Part shown: one piece after another, positions 12,299 to 20,765 of the stretch
Position numbering within the stretch: position 1 is the first letter of the stretch
Layout of the letters: each line of letters opens with the position of its first letter
Assembly (NCBI GenBank): GCA_033764015.1
Contig: JANRJK010000013.1
Location: forward strand, 542,174-606,173
Length of the DNA stretch: 64,000 bases
Direction of reading: 5' to 3'
DNA from: Candidatus Sumerlaeia bacterium
GTDB lineage: Bacteria; Sumerlaeota; Sumerlaeia; SLMS01; JANRJK01
Notes under the pieces: model-generated
What the model was told of the DNA's origin: nothing
Database searches by the model: none
What the model saw: only the letters and a program-made list of their open reading frames with translations
Made by a program: the position numbers and the translations under genes

Positions 12299-12952
12299 AT
12301 GCGCCGCTACGCGATGCCCGCTATCGTCCTGCTCGCCTCCGCGCTCGCCGCCTGCTCGCGCGCGCCGATGCCGTCAGCGACCGTCAACGACGAGTTCGAT
12401 CCCTACGCCGTTGTCGCCCTGGGCCCCGTTTCCTACACCACCCCGCACGGCGTGCGCGTCGACCGGCTCTCCCGCGGCGAGGTCCGCCACAGCTTCACCG
12501 CGAACCCGGCGATCGCGGCGCGCGTCCGCTTCGACGCCAACCCGCCCAGCGACCTGAAGATCGACGCCGAGCGCCTCGGCCGCGAGTTCCAGTCCACCCT
12601 CGACGGCGGCCCCGTGCTCTCCACGCAGCACGCCTTCCGCGGCACGGCGGAAACCGTGAAGATGCAGGTGCGCGGCGCCGACAGCGAAGGCGCGCCCACG
12701 CATGGCACGCTCATCGTCCTACGCAAGGACAACAGCACCGTCGCCGTCTCCGCGACCGGACCCGCCGATCAGTCGGCCGACGTGGACTCCGCCGCGGAGC
12801 GGCTGGCCGACACGATCAGCTTCACCCCGGACGGCACCCCCGCCAAGCGCTCCAGCGCCATGGCCGACGAGGCGGAGTCGATCCGTTCGGAGCAGGAAGC
12901 CGCCGCCGCCAAGGAAGTACTGGGCGAGACACCGCTCAACCCCCGCCGCTAG
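12299..12952 (+). CDS. Hypothetical lipoprotein
   Basis: ATG at 12299 gives a signal peptide and lipobox (MRRYAMPAIVLLASALAACS). 217 aa. Divergent from gyrA. Confidence 0.6.
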   Translation: MRRYAMPAIVLLASALAACSRAPMPSATVNDEFDPYAVVALGPVSYTTPHGVRVDRLSRGEVRHSFTANPAIAARVRFDANPPSDLKIDAERLGREFQSTLDGGPVLSTQHAFRGTAETVKMQVRGADSEGAPTHGTLIVLRKDNSTVAVSATGPADQSADVDSAAERLADTISFTPDGTPAKRSSAMADEAESIRSEQEAAAAKEVLGETPLNPRR

Positions 12953-12961
12953 GGCGGCGCA

Positions 12962-13729
12962 TTAGCGAACGTGCAGCGATCCCGCCGGGCGCCCCGTCGC
13001 GCGCTGGCGGCAGTCCATGCAGAGCAGCGTTTCCAACTCGAAGATCGTCGCATGTCCGCCGGAGAAGCGGATCGCGATCCGGTCCCCCTCGCCGAGCGGC
13101 ACCGGCTCGAGGTTGTTGTCGTCCACCAGCACCGCGGGGCCCCGCTCGATCTCGACCTCGACCAGCGCGTCCTCGTTCAGGACCAAGTGATTCACCGCTT
13201 CCGTCGAGTTGTTGAACGCCAGTCCCAACCCTACCCGGATCACTGAATTCGTGATGGAGCGGTAGTACGCCGTCGAGCCGAACGGGGTGCTCGCTACCAG
13301 CCCGTCCCCCACGATCACGTCGCTGTACGGCGCCCCGTCGATCCAGACACGGTAGCGCACCGCCGAGGTGACCTTCGCGTTGTGCAGCACCACGTCGTTC
13401 ACGGCGATCAGCCGCCTCTCGCCGACGCGCGCCTCGAGCAGCGGCAGCCTCGTGACGGACTGCTCCCCGCGCGCCAAGCGCCCGAATAGCGCAGCGTTCT
13501 GGTGGCGCGCGCACTTGATGTAGCGGGCGTCCGGCCTTACCGGAACTTTCGGGACGCCGGGGTGGTCCCGCTCCGCGCCGATCAGCGTCCCGTCGCCTCC
13601 GTGGCAGACGATCGCGTCCGCATCCTGCGGGGCGTCGGCGACCGCGATACCGGCCGCGGCGAACTCCTCCACGAGCGAACCGGTCTCGCGGCCCACGAGG
13701 AACACACGTCGGATGGGAGGCGCAGCCAT
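12962..13729 (-). CDS. nadK: NAD(+) kinase
   Basis: Carries the GGDGT motif (CHGGDGTLIGAE), the NE/D motif (VNDVVL) and DGLVASTPFGSTAYYRS. Confidence 0.85.
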   Translation of the reverse strand: MAAPPIRRVFLVGRETGSLVEEFAAAGIAVADAPQDADAIVCHGGDGTLIGAERDHPGVPKVPVRPDARYIKCARHQNAALFGRLARGEQSVTRLPLLEARVGERRLIAVNDVVLHNAKVTSAVRYRVWIDGAPYSDVIVGDGLVASTPFGSTAYYRSITNSVIRVGLGLAFNNSTEAVNHLVLNEDALVEVEIERGPAVLVDDNNLEPVPLGEGDRIAIRFSGGHATIFELETLLCMDCRQRATGRPAGSLHVR

Positions 13730-13781
13730 GGTCCGCCGAGTGGACGGCGCGCGCCGCTAGGGGTCAATGCCCGCGCCGCCC

Positions 13782-14291
13782 CTACGCGAAGCCCTTCTTC
13801 CTCAGCTCTTCCAGCACATGCGGCGGCAGGTTCGTGGCGATCTTCGAGAGGTCCTTGGCGTTCGGATCCCGCGGCGGCGGCGGGGGAGCGGAAAGCTCGA
13901 CCTGCATCGGCGGCGCCGTCGGCGGGTCGGGAAGCGGCGCGGCCACGCCCCGCGGCGAGGCGCCGACCGCTTCGCGACGGTGCGCCATCGGGATCGGCCC
14001 GAGGTCCTGCACCGGGCGTGTCTCGATGCGCTCGTAGGACGCTTCGACACGGTGGCAGCCGCCCACGGACTCGAGGCGCTCGTGCTGGCTGTCCATGCGC
14101 GCGATCTCCTGCGCGAGCGCGACCGCGTGCTGGTACGACGCCTGGAGGTCCTTCTTGAGTTCGCGCACCGACGTGGCGGCGCGCCCCGTCTGGGGCCACG
14201 TGCGCGAGAGCTTCATCATCTCCTCCACGTCCTTGCGGAGGAGTTCAATATCCTGAATGATCTTGGCGGCGGTGTGCCCGCGTTCCGACAT
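13782..14291 (-). CDS. Hypothetical protein
   Basis: 169-aa ORF with an ATG start preceded by GGGAGATGG. No family recognised. Confidence 0.45.
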   Translation of the reverse strand: MSERGHTAAKIIQDIELLRKDVEEMMKLSRTWPQTGRAATSVRELKKDLQASYQHAVALAQEIARMDSQHERLESVGGCHRVEASYERIETRPVQDLGPIPMAHRREAVGASPRGVAAPLPDPPTAPPMQVELSAPPPPPRDPNAKDLSKIATNLPPHVLEELRKKGFA

Positions 14292-14382
14292 GGCCCATCT
14301 CCCTGGTGTCCGAGTGCGCTACCGGAACTGAACATACCCGGTGCGCCCGGCGATTCCAAGGCGAAATTGCCCTTGCGCCGCC

Positions 14383-14413
14383 AAAAAAAGGCGGGGCCCG
14401 CGAAGGCCCCGCC
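14383..14413 (-). terminator. Rho-independent terminator for the minus-strand secreted-protein gene
   Basis: GC hairpin ggcggggcc-cgcgaa-ggccccgcc followed, in the minus sense, by a 7-nt U tract (the plus-strand A7 at 14383-14389). Confidence 0.7.
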
Positions 14414-14439
14414 CAAGTCCGCGCCGGGAAGGCCGGAGG

Positions 14440-15285
14440 TTACATCAGGTACCAGTTAGAGACGTCGGCAGCAGCCTGAAGGGTGTAGGACGCTGCGGTG
14501 ATGTTCAGACCCGTTGCGTCGTAGTTGAGGCCGGGACCGTCGCCGCCACCGCTTCCATTACGGCCGTAGCAGGCCGGGACCACGTTGGGAGACTGGGGCA
14601 GGACCTGATTGGTCAGGTATGTCGTGTTCTGCGCACCACCACCACCCGAATTGCCCATCACCAAGAACACCCGGATGATACTGAGGGTGGAGGGGCTTCC
14701 GATTTCGGTGCGGGGAATCTGGAGTTCGATGCCGGTCGATACCGTGCCCGCGGCCCAAGGGGTCGCTGTCGTGTTCGAATTGTCGGTGAAGACCTTGTAG
14801 CCGGCGCCGTTGGCAACGTTCGACGCCCAGTTGTTGCCCACGAAGTTGGCTGTGTTCGCCTGAACGTTCCAGCGGCCAAGGCCGCGCTCGAACTCCTTCA
14901 GATTGTAGATGTAGTCCACTTCGAAGCCGCTCGGCATGTTGCCACCACCGGTCGCCGCGAGCACCTCAAACTCCCCGTATGCGGGGGATGCCGCGACGTT
15001 CGTGGCACCGCCAGACAGGGTGTCGAAAAAGAGATAAACGCTGTCGTTCTGTAGGTCGCCTGCGATGCCGACGTAGAGGTTCGCGTTGTCGTTGGCGAGG
15101 AAGAGCTCGCCCGCGCGAATGCCGGTGCCAAAGCACGAGTCGCCCGCCGTTTGCAGCGCGACCGAGGTATAGTCCGTGGTGCTGATCCCGGTGCCGTCGA
15201 TCACGACGTCGGCGGTGAACTTGGCCTGCGCCGCGCCGCCGCAAACCGCCAGCGCCGCTGCTGTTGCCAAAAGGTTACGCATCAT
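14440..15285 (-). CDS. Secreted Gly/Asn/Thr/Ala-rich protein of unknown function
   Basis: Tandem ATG ATG at 15285 after AGGAG. Signal peptide MMRNLLATAAALAVCGGAAQA. 281 aa. Followed by a terminator. Confidence 0.6.
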   Translation of the reverse strand: MMRNLLATAAALAVCGGAAQAKFTADVVIDGTGISTTDYTSVALQTAGDSCFGTGIRAGELFLANDNANLYVGIAGDLQNDSVYLFFDTLSGGATNVAASPAYGEFEVLAATGGGNMPSGFEVDYIYNLKEFERGLGRWNVQANTANFVGNNWASNVANGAGYKVFTDNSNTTATPWAAGTVSTGIELQIPRTEIGSPSTLSIIRVFLVMGNSGGGGAQNTTYLTNQVLPQSPNVVPACYGRNGSGGGDGPGLNYDATGLNITAASYTLQAAADVSNWYLM

Positions 15286-15467
15286 GTGAGGTTGCTCCTG
15301 CCAGGGAGTGGAGTGGATCGTGCGATCCGTGATGGTTGAAGGGTTTATCGAGGCCGGGGTCCCCCTGTCAAACCCTTTATCCACCCCAAGGCGGAAAAAA
15401 CGACGTACCCGGACCGCCATTGTCCCGATCCTCGCAAAGCACGCTAAATCCAAGGAATCTCGCGCCC

Positions 15468-16586
15468 ATGACCGCCCACACGGCACCCGCAACCGTCCAG
15501 CCCTACGCCGGCCTGATCCACCGCTACCGCGAACACCTGCCGGTGTCCGACAAGACGCCGGTGATTTCTCTCTGCGAAGGCAACACGCCCCTCGTACCCC
15601 TGCCCGCCCTCTCGCGCGAACTCGGCCCCGGCGTTGAAGCCTACGCCAAGTACGAGGGCCTCAACCCCACCGGCAGCTTCAAGGACCGCGGCATGACGAT
15701 GGCCGTCTCGAAGGCGGTCGAGGAAGGCTCCCGCGCGGTCATCTGCGCCTCCACCGGCAACACCTCCGCCAGCGCCGCCGCCTACGCCGCGCGCGCCGGA
15801 ATCCGCTGCGCCGTCCTGATCCCCAGCGGCAAGAACGTCGCCCTCGGCAAGCTCGCCCAGGCCGCCATGCACGGCGCCACCGTGGTCCGCATCGAGGGCA
15901 ACTTCGACGAGGCGCTCGACCTCGTCCGCGACATCTCCCGCTCGCACCCGATCACGCTGGTCAACTCCGTGAACCCGTACCGCATCGAGGGGCAGAAGAC
16001 CGGAGCCTTCGAGATCTGCGACCAGCTTGGCGGCGTGGCGCCGCACCTGCACTGCATTCCCGTCGGCAACGCGGGAAACATCACCGCGTACTGGCGCGGC
16101 TACCGCCAGTGGGCCGAGGCCGGGCGCATCGATAGCCTGCCGCGCATGTGGGGCTTCCAGGCCGCCGGCGCCGCGCCGATCGTGCAGCGCCGCCGCGTCG
16201 AGCACCCCGAGACCATCGCCACCGCGATCCGCATCGGCAACCCGGCCTCGTGGTGTTGCGCGCGCTGCGCCCGCGACGAAAGCCGCGGCCTGATCGACAG
16301 CGTCACCGACACGGAGATCACCGCCGCCTACCAGTTCCTCGCCGCCAAGGAAGGCGTCTTCTGCGAGCCCTCCTCCGCCGCCTCCGTGGCGGGCCTGCTG
16401 AAGATGAAGGCGCAGGGCGTCTTCGACCGCGCCCGGGCGGAGATCGCCGCGGACACGCTCCGCATCGTCTGCGTCCTGACGGGCCACGGCTTGAAGGACC
16501 CGGACTACGCCGTCGAGACGGCTTCGAAGCCGGTCGTGGTGCCGGCGGAGATGGGCGCCGTGCTGGGGGTGCTGGGAATGGCGTAG
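15468..16586 (+). CDS. thrC: Threonine synthase
   Basis: PLP-lysine motif [14 protein letters not shown], plus [16 protein letters not shown] and [11 protein letters not shown] preceded by AAGGAA. Confidence 0.9.
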   Translation: MTAHTAPATVQPYAGLIHRYREHLPVSDKTPVISLCEGNTPLVPLPALSRELGPGVEAYAKYEGLNPTGSFKDRGMTMAVSKAVEEGSRAVICASTGNTSASAAAYAARAGIRCAVLIPSGKNVALGKLAQAAMHGATVVRIEGNFDEALDLVRDISRSHPITLVNSVNPYRIEGQKTGAFEICDQLGGVAPHLHCIPVGNAGNITAYWRGYRQWAEAGRIDSLPRMWGFQAAGAAPIVQRRRVEHPETIATAIRIGNPASWCCARCARDESRGLIDSVTDTEITAAYQFLAAKEGVFCEPSSAASVAGLLKMKAQGVFDRARAEIAADTLRIVCVLTGHGLKDPDYAVETASKPVVVPAEMGAVLGVLGMA

Positions 16587-16705
16587 CGGTTTAGCCAACC
16601 CATTTTTGCGAATGGCGTTGACTCGGCTCGACCGCTTTCCGCGAATCCGCGAGTGTCCGCTTTAGCAGTTCATTCGTGCGCGTCCGACGCAGGAACCCAC
16701 CCGAC

Positions 16706-17185
16706 ATGTTGAAGGTCCAAACTCGACTGGATCGGAGTACGATCCAAGGTCTCGGCCTGTACGCAGCCGAGTTCATCCCCCAGGGGACGATCGTCTGGGA
16801 GTACCACCCCGACATCGATCTCGTCTACCCCGCGGCGAAGGTCCGCACGCTGGCCGACCACCGGCTGCGCAACTTCCTGTGCATCTACGCCTACTACAGC
16901 CGGCGGGTGGGTGGGTACATCCTCTGCGGAGACCACGCGCGCTTCGTGAACCACTCCGAGTCCGCCAACCTCACCGGCGGCCCCGGCGAGGTCTCCGTCG
17001 CCAACCGCGACATCCACGAGGGCGAGGAGATCACGGACGACTACTTCACGTACGACCGGCCGGAGGGGGACGAATACGTCGAGGAGTTCTTCGCCTTCGA
17101 ACACCTCCTCCGCCCCGCCTTCCGCCAGAACGGCCACACCCACAGCAACGGGGCCTCCCAGCACCACGGGATTCCCGCCCGCTAA
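16706..17185 (+). CDS. SET-domain protein (putative lysine methyltransferase)
   Basis: Carries GLGLYAAEFIPQGTIVWEY, the pseudoknot motif RFVNHSESANL and EEITDDYF. ATG at 16706 follows AGGAA. An alternative upstream start is at 16676. Confidence 0.7.
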   Translation: MLKVQTRLDRSTIQGLGLYAAEFIPQGTIVWEYHPDIDLVYPAAKVRTLADHRLRNFLCIYAYYSRRVGGYILCGDHARFVNHSESANLTGGPGEVSVANRDIHEGEEITDDYFTYDRPEGDEYVEEFFAFEHLLRPAFRQNGHTHSNGASQHHGIPAR

Positions 17186-17349
17186 CCCCTTCGCCATGGA
17201 AGACACCGAGCGCGAGACATACATGCCACCACCGGCTTGATCCTCGACATCCAACCAGCATCGCGCCGGGGCCCCCGCAACGGGTCCCCGGCGGTTTCCG
17301 CCAGCGCTCGGCGACGAGTCACCACCGGCTCACCCACATAGGCACTCCC

Positions 17350-19320
17350 ATGGCCCAACCGAAGAAACCCGCCCGCCCGGCGGGAAGCATGCCCTTGGCC
17401 CGCACCCTCGGGCCCATCACCGACCTCGAACGGCACCTGCCGTCCGAGTGGTGGCGGACGCTTTTCAACAGCATCTACCTCAAGACGGACGGCGACGTCG
17501 TCGAGAACGACGGCAACACGCTCAAGGAGGTCGACCTCCTCGTTTCGCACGCCGGCCTCGAGAAGTCCGACCGCATCCTCGACCTCTGCTGCGGGCAGGG
17601 GCGCCACTGCATCGAGCTGGCCCGGCGCGGCTTCACCGCCGTCACGGGCATCGACCGGTCGCGCTACCTGGTGCGCCTCGCGCGGAAGCGCGCCCGCTCC
17701 CTCGGCCTCAACATCACCTTCAAGGAGGGTGACGCGCGCCGGTTCCAGCTCCCGCCCGCCAGCTTCGACTGCGTCGCCCTGATGGGGAACTCCTTCGGCT
17801 ACTTCGACCGCGAAGAGGACGACCTCGCGGTCCTCACCGCGGTGCGCGAGACGCTCGCCTCCGAAGGCGCCGTCATCCTCGACATCGTCGACGGCACCTG
17901 GATGAAGGACCACTTCGAGCGGCGGAGCTGGGAGTGGATCGACCAGTCGCACTTCGTCTGCCGCGAGCGCTCGCTCGCCGCCGACCAGCGGCGCATCGTC
18001 TCGCGCGAAGTCGTGGTGCACGCCGAGCGCGGCGTCATCGCCGACCAGTTCTACGCCGAGCGCCTGTACACCGAGGCGTCGATCCGCGAGCTCCTCGAAG
18101 CGGCGGGCTTCCGCGGCGTGCGCCTCCACGGCAAGGTGAACGCCGACTCGGACCGCGGGCAGGACCTCGGCATGATGGCGCACCGGCTCTTCATCGGCGC
18201 CACCGCCCCGCGCCGGGCGAAGCTGCCTCCGCCGGGACCGGTCCGCGCGCGCGACGTGACGGTGCTGCTCGGCGATCCGCGGCTCCCCGACTCCGTGAAG
18301 CTGGAGGGCCAGTTCAACGAGGCCGACATCGACACGGTGCGCAAGCTCCAGCGCGCCTGCGCGGAGGTCTCCGGCTACCGCTTCGAGTACTTCGACGAGC
18401 ACGCCAAGCTGCTGGACCGGCTGCGCAACCGCCCGCCGAAGTTCGTGCTGAACCTCTGCGACGAGGGTTTCCGCAACGACGCCTTCTTCGAGCTCCACGT
18501 GGCGGCGCTGCTCGAGATGTTCGGCATCCCGTACAGCGGCGCCGGCCCGCAGGCGCTGGCGCTCTGCTACAACAAGAACCACGTCCGCGCCATCGCCGAC
18601 TCCCTCGAGATCCCGGTCCCGGGCGAGACCTTCGTCGATCCCGACGACCACCTGGCGACGATCCCTGCCACTTTCCCCGCGCTCGTGAAGCCGAACTACG
18701 GCGACAGCTCCGTCGGCATCACCGCCCGCGCGCTCGTCAACAACTCCGAGGAACTGGTCGCCTACCTCAACGAGGTCCGGACCCAGTTCCCCGGGCGCCC
18801 GATCCTCGTGCAGGAGTTCCTCTCCGGCGGCGAGTACACGGTGGGCCTGGTCGGCAACCCGGGCATGACGATGACCCCGCTGCCCATCATGGAGGTCGAC
18901 TACTCCCGCCTCGATCCGGGCCTGCCCCCGATCCTCGGGTACGAGTCGAAGTGGGACCCCGCCTCGCCGTACTGGACGCAGCTCGCCTACCGCGAGGCGC
19001 AACTGGACGAGGACACGCAGCGCCGACTGGTCGACGCCTCGACGCTCCTCTTCGAGCGCCTCGGCTGCCGCGACTACGCGCGCTTCGACTTCCGCGCCGA
19101 CGCGAACGGGGTGATCAAGCTGCTCGAAGTCAACCCGAACCCGGGCTGGTGCTGGGACGGCAAGATGAACATCATGGCGGGCATGGCCGGGTACCGGTAC
19201 CCGGACTTCCTGAAGATGATCCTCGACGCCGCGTTCGAGCGCTACACCGCGGGCACCGCGACCGGCTCGCCGAACGACACGCCGCTGCCGGTCGAGTCCC
19301 TGCGCCCGGCGACGGTCTGA
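17350..19320 (+). CDS. Fusion protein: class I SAM-dependent methyltransferase (N-terminal) :: D-Ala-D-Ala ligase-like ATP-grasp (C-terminal)
   Basis: N-terminal motif I DLCCGQGRHCIELARRG plus FDCVALMGNSFGYF. C-terminal Ddl-like motifs LHGKVNADSD... ALVKPNYGDSSVGI and KLLEVNPNPGWCWDGK. Start set at the ATG at 17350 inside the larger ORF 16879..19320. Confidence 0.75.
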   Translation: MAQPKKPARPAGSMPLARTLGPITDLERHLPSEWWRTLFNSIYLKTDGDVVENDGNTLKEVDLLVSHAGLEKSDRILDLCCGQGRHCIELARRGFTAVTGIDRSRYLVRLARKRARSLGLNITFKEGDARRFQLPPASFDCVALMGNSFGYFDREEDDLAVLTAVRETLASEGAVILDIVDGTWMKDHFERRSWEWIDQSHFVCRERSLAADQRRIVSREVVVHAERGVIADQFYAERLYTEASIRELLEAAGFRGVRLHGKVNADSDRGQDLGMMAHRLFIGATAPRRAKLPPPGPVRARDVTVLLGDPRLPDSVKLEGQFNEADIDTVRKLQRACAEVSGYRFEYFDEHAKLLDRLRNRPPKFVLNLCDEGFRNDAFFELHVAALLEMFGIPYSGAGPQALALCYNKNHVRAIADSLEIPVPGETFVDPDDHLATIPATFPALVKPNYGDSSVGITARALVNNSEELVAYLNEVRTQFPGRPILVQEFLSGGEYTVGLVGNPGMTMTPLPIMEVDYSRLDPGLPPILGYESKWDPASPYWTQLAYREAQLDEDTQRRLVDASTLLFERLGCRDYARFDFRADANGVIKLLEVNPNPGWCWDGKMNIMAGMAGYRYPDFLKMILDAAFERYTAGTATGSPNDTPLPVESLRPATV

Positions 19321-19337
19321 GCATCCACGCCGCCCAC

Positions 19338-19364
19338 GGGGCGCCCGCCGCGGGCGGGCGCCCC
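19338..19364 (+). terminator. Perfect 12-bp GC palindrome (ggggcgcccgcc-gcg-ggcgggcgcccc), putative intrinsic terminator or structured element
   Basis: Read directly. Located 18 nt after the stop of the MTase::ATP-grasp gene. There is no U tract. Confidence 0.4.
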
Positions 19365-19419
19365 CGCGCTTGACTCTCTGCGCCTTGCGCCGCGCCCTTG
19401 GGCGGGGGAGCATCCGCCC

Positions 19420-19734
19420 ATGGACAGAATCGAGCAGCTCGAGCAGTTCGCAGCCGACGAGCCGGACGACGCGCTCACCCATTTCCTGCTGGGGCGCGAG
19501 TACATGAACGCGAAGCGCTGGGAGGACGCGGTCCGCGTCCTGGCCCGCTGCGTCGAGCTGGACCCCGACTACACCGCGGCGGTGAAGGCGCTGGCCGATT
19601 CGCTCCGCCTCGCGGGGCGCGCGGACGACGCCGCCATCGCGTACCGGCAAGGCATCGCCACCGCCGAGCGCACCGGAGACCTGCAAGTGAAGAAGGAATG
19701 CCAGGCCTTCCTCAACCGGCTGGAAGGCGCATGA
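19420..19734 (+). CDS. Small TPR-like protein
   Basis: 104 aa with helical TPR-like pairs (HFLLGREYMNAKRWEDAVRVLARCVELDPDY). Its stop overlaps the next start. Confidence 0.55.
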   Translation: MDRIEQLEQFAADEPDDALTHFLLGREYMNAKRWEDAVRVLARCVELDPDYTAAVKALADSLRLAGRADDAAIAYRQGIATAERTGDLQVKKECQAFLNRLEGA

Positions 19735-20765
19735 ACGCGACCGCCGCCGCCAAGCGCCCCGCTGTGCAGCTCTCCACCGTCATCCCCGTGTACAACGAGG
19801 AGGAGTCGCTCCCGGCGCTCCACAAGCGCCTCACCAAGGTGCTCTCCAACATCACCGACGACTACGAAATCGTGCTCGTGGACGACGGCAGTCGCGACCG
19901 CTCCGCGGAGATCATCGAGTCGCTCGCCGCGCAGGACCCGCACGTCGTGGGCATCCTGCTCTCGCGGAACTTCGGCCACCAGATCGCGCTTACCGCCGGC
20001 CTGGACCACGCCCGCGGCGACGCCATCGCCATGATGGACGCGGACCTGCAGGACCCGCCCGAGCTGCTGCCGCGCATGTTGAAGCGCATCGCCGAGGGCT
20101 ACGACGTGGTGTACGCGCAGCGCCGCAAGCGCGCTGGCGAGTCTCCCTTCAAGCTCTTCACCGCGGCCCTTTTCTACCGTCTTCTCCGCTCGCTGACCAA
20201 AGTGGACATCCCGCTCGACACCGGCGACTTCCGCGTCATCAACCGCGTGGCGCTCGACAGCGTCCTGTCGCTCCGGGAGCGGAACCGCTTCCTGCGCGGC
20301 ATGTTCAGTTGGGTGGGCTTCCGCCAGACCGGCGTGCTCTACAACCGCGCCGCGCGGCACGCGGGCGAGACCAAGTACCCGCTGAAGAAGATGGTCCGCC
20401 TCGCCATCGACGGCATCACGTCCTTCAGCCACCTGCCGCTCCAGTTCGCCACCTGGCTGGGCTTCACGTTCGCGCTTCTGGGCGCCGCGTACGGCATGCG
20501 CGTGCTGTACGTGTGGTCCCTCGGCGGCGCGGTGCAGGGCTGGGCCTCCACGGTGCTGACGGTGCTGGTGCTGGGTGGCGTGCAGCTCGTGACGCTCGGC
20601 ATCATCGGTGAGTATGTGGGCCGGATCCTCGACGAATCGCGCAGGCGGCCGCTCTACTTCGTGCGCCGCGTCGCGCACCGGGACGCCCCCCCCGCGCCGG
20701 CGCCGCCGGCCGCCTCGTTGGTCGGCGATCTGGACGAGGACGACGAGGAAGATCCCTCGCCGTGA
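19731..20765 (+). CDS. GT2 polyprenol-phosphate glycosyltransferase (GtrB/ArnC/DPM1-like)
   Basis: Carries STVIPVYNEEESL, IVLVDDGSRD and the DAD motif (MMDADLQDP), with two C-terminal TM helices as in GtrB/ArnC. ATG 19731 overlaps the upstream stop (ATGA). Confidence 0.8.
   Translation: MNATAAAKRPAVQLSTVIPVYNEEESLPALHKRLTKVLSNITDDYEIVLVDDGSRDRSAEIIESLAAQDPHVVGILLSRNFGHQIALTAGLDHARGDAIAMMDADLQDPPELLPRMLKRIAEGYDVVYAQRRKRAGESPFKLFTAALFYRLLRSLTKVDIPLDTGDFRVINRVALDSVLSLRERNRFLRGMFSWVGFRQTGVLYNRAARHAGETKYPLKKMVRLAIDGITSFSHLPLQFATWLGFTFALLGAAYGMRVLYVWSLGGAVQGWASTVLTVLVLGGVQLVTLGIIGEYVGRILDESRRRPLYFVRRVAHRDAPPAPAPPAASLVGDLDEDDEEDPSP

Noticed and set aside
12962-13729. NadK C-terminal CMDC (CxxC) tail as a novel metal-binding extension
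   Set aside because: It is only one Cys pair at the extreme C-terminus. This may be ordinary lineage variation, and it cannot be judged without an alignment.
16587-16705. Lower-GC spacer between thrC and the SET gene as a promoter with TTGACT -35
   Set aside because: There is no convincing -10 at correct spacing. The spacer is left unannotated.
17198-17242. 14-codon micro-ORF as a confident gene
   Set aside because: It has no Shine-Dalgarno sequence, and an ORF this short in GC-rich DNA is statistically weak. It is kept only as a hypothesis inside a finding, not as a feature.
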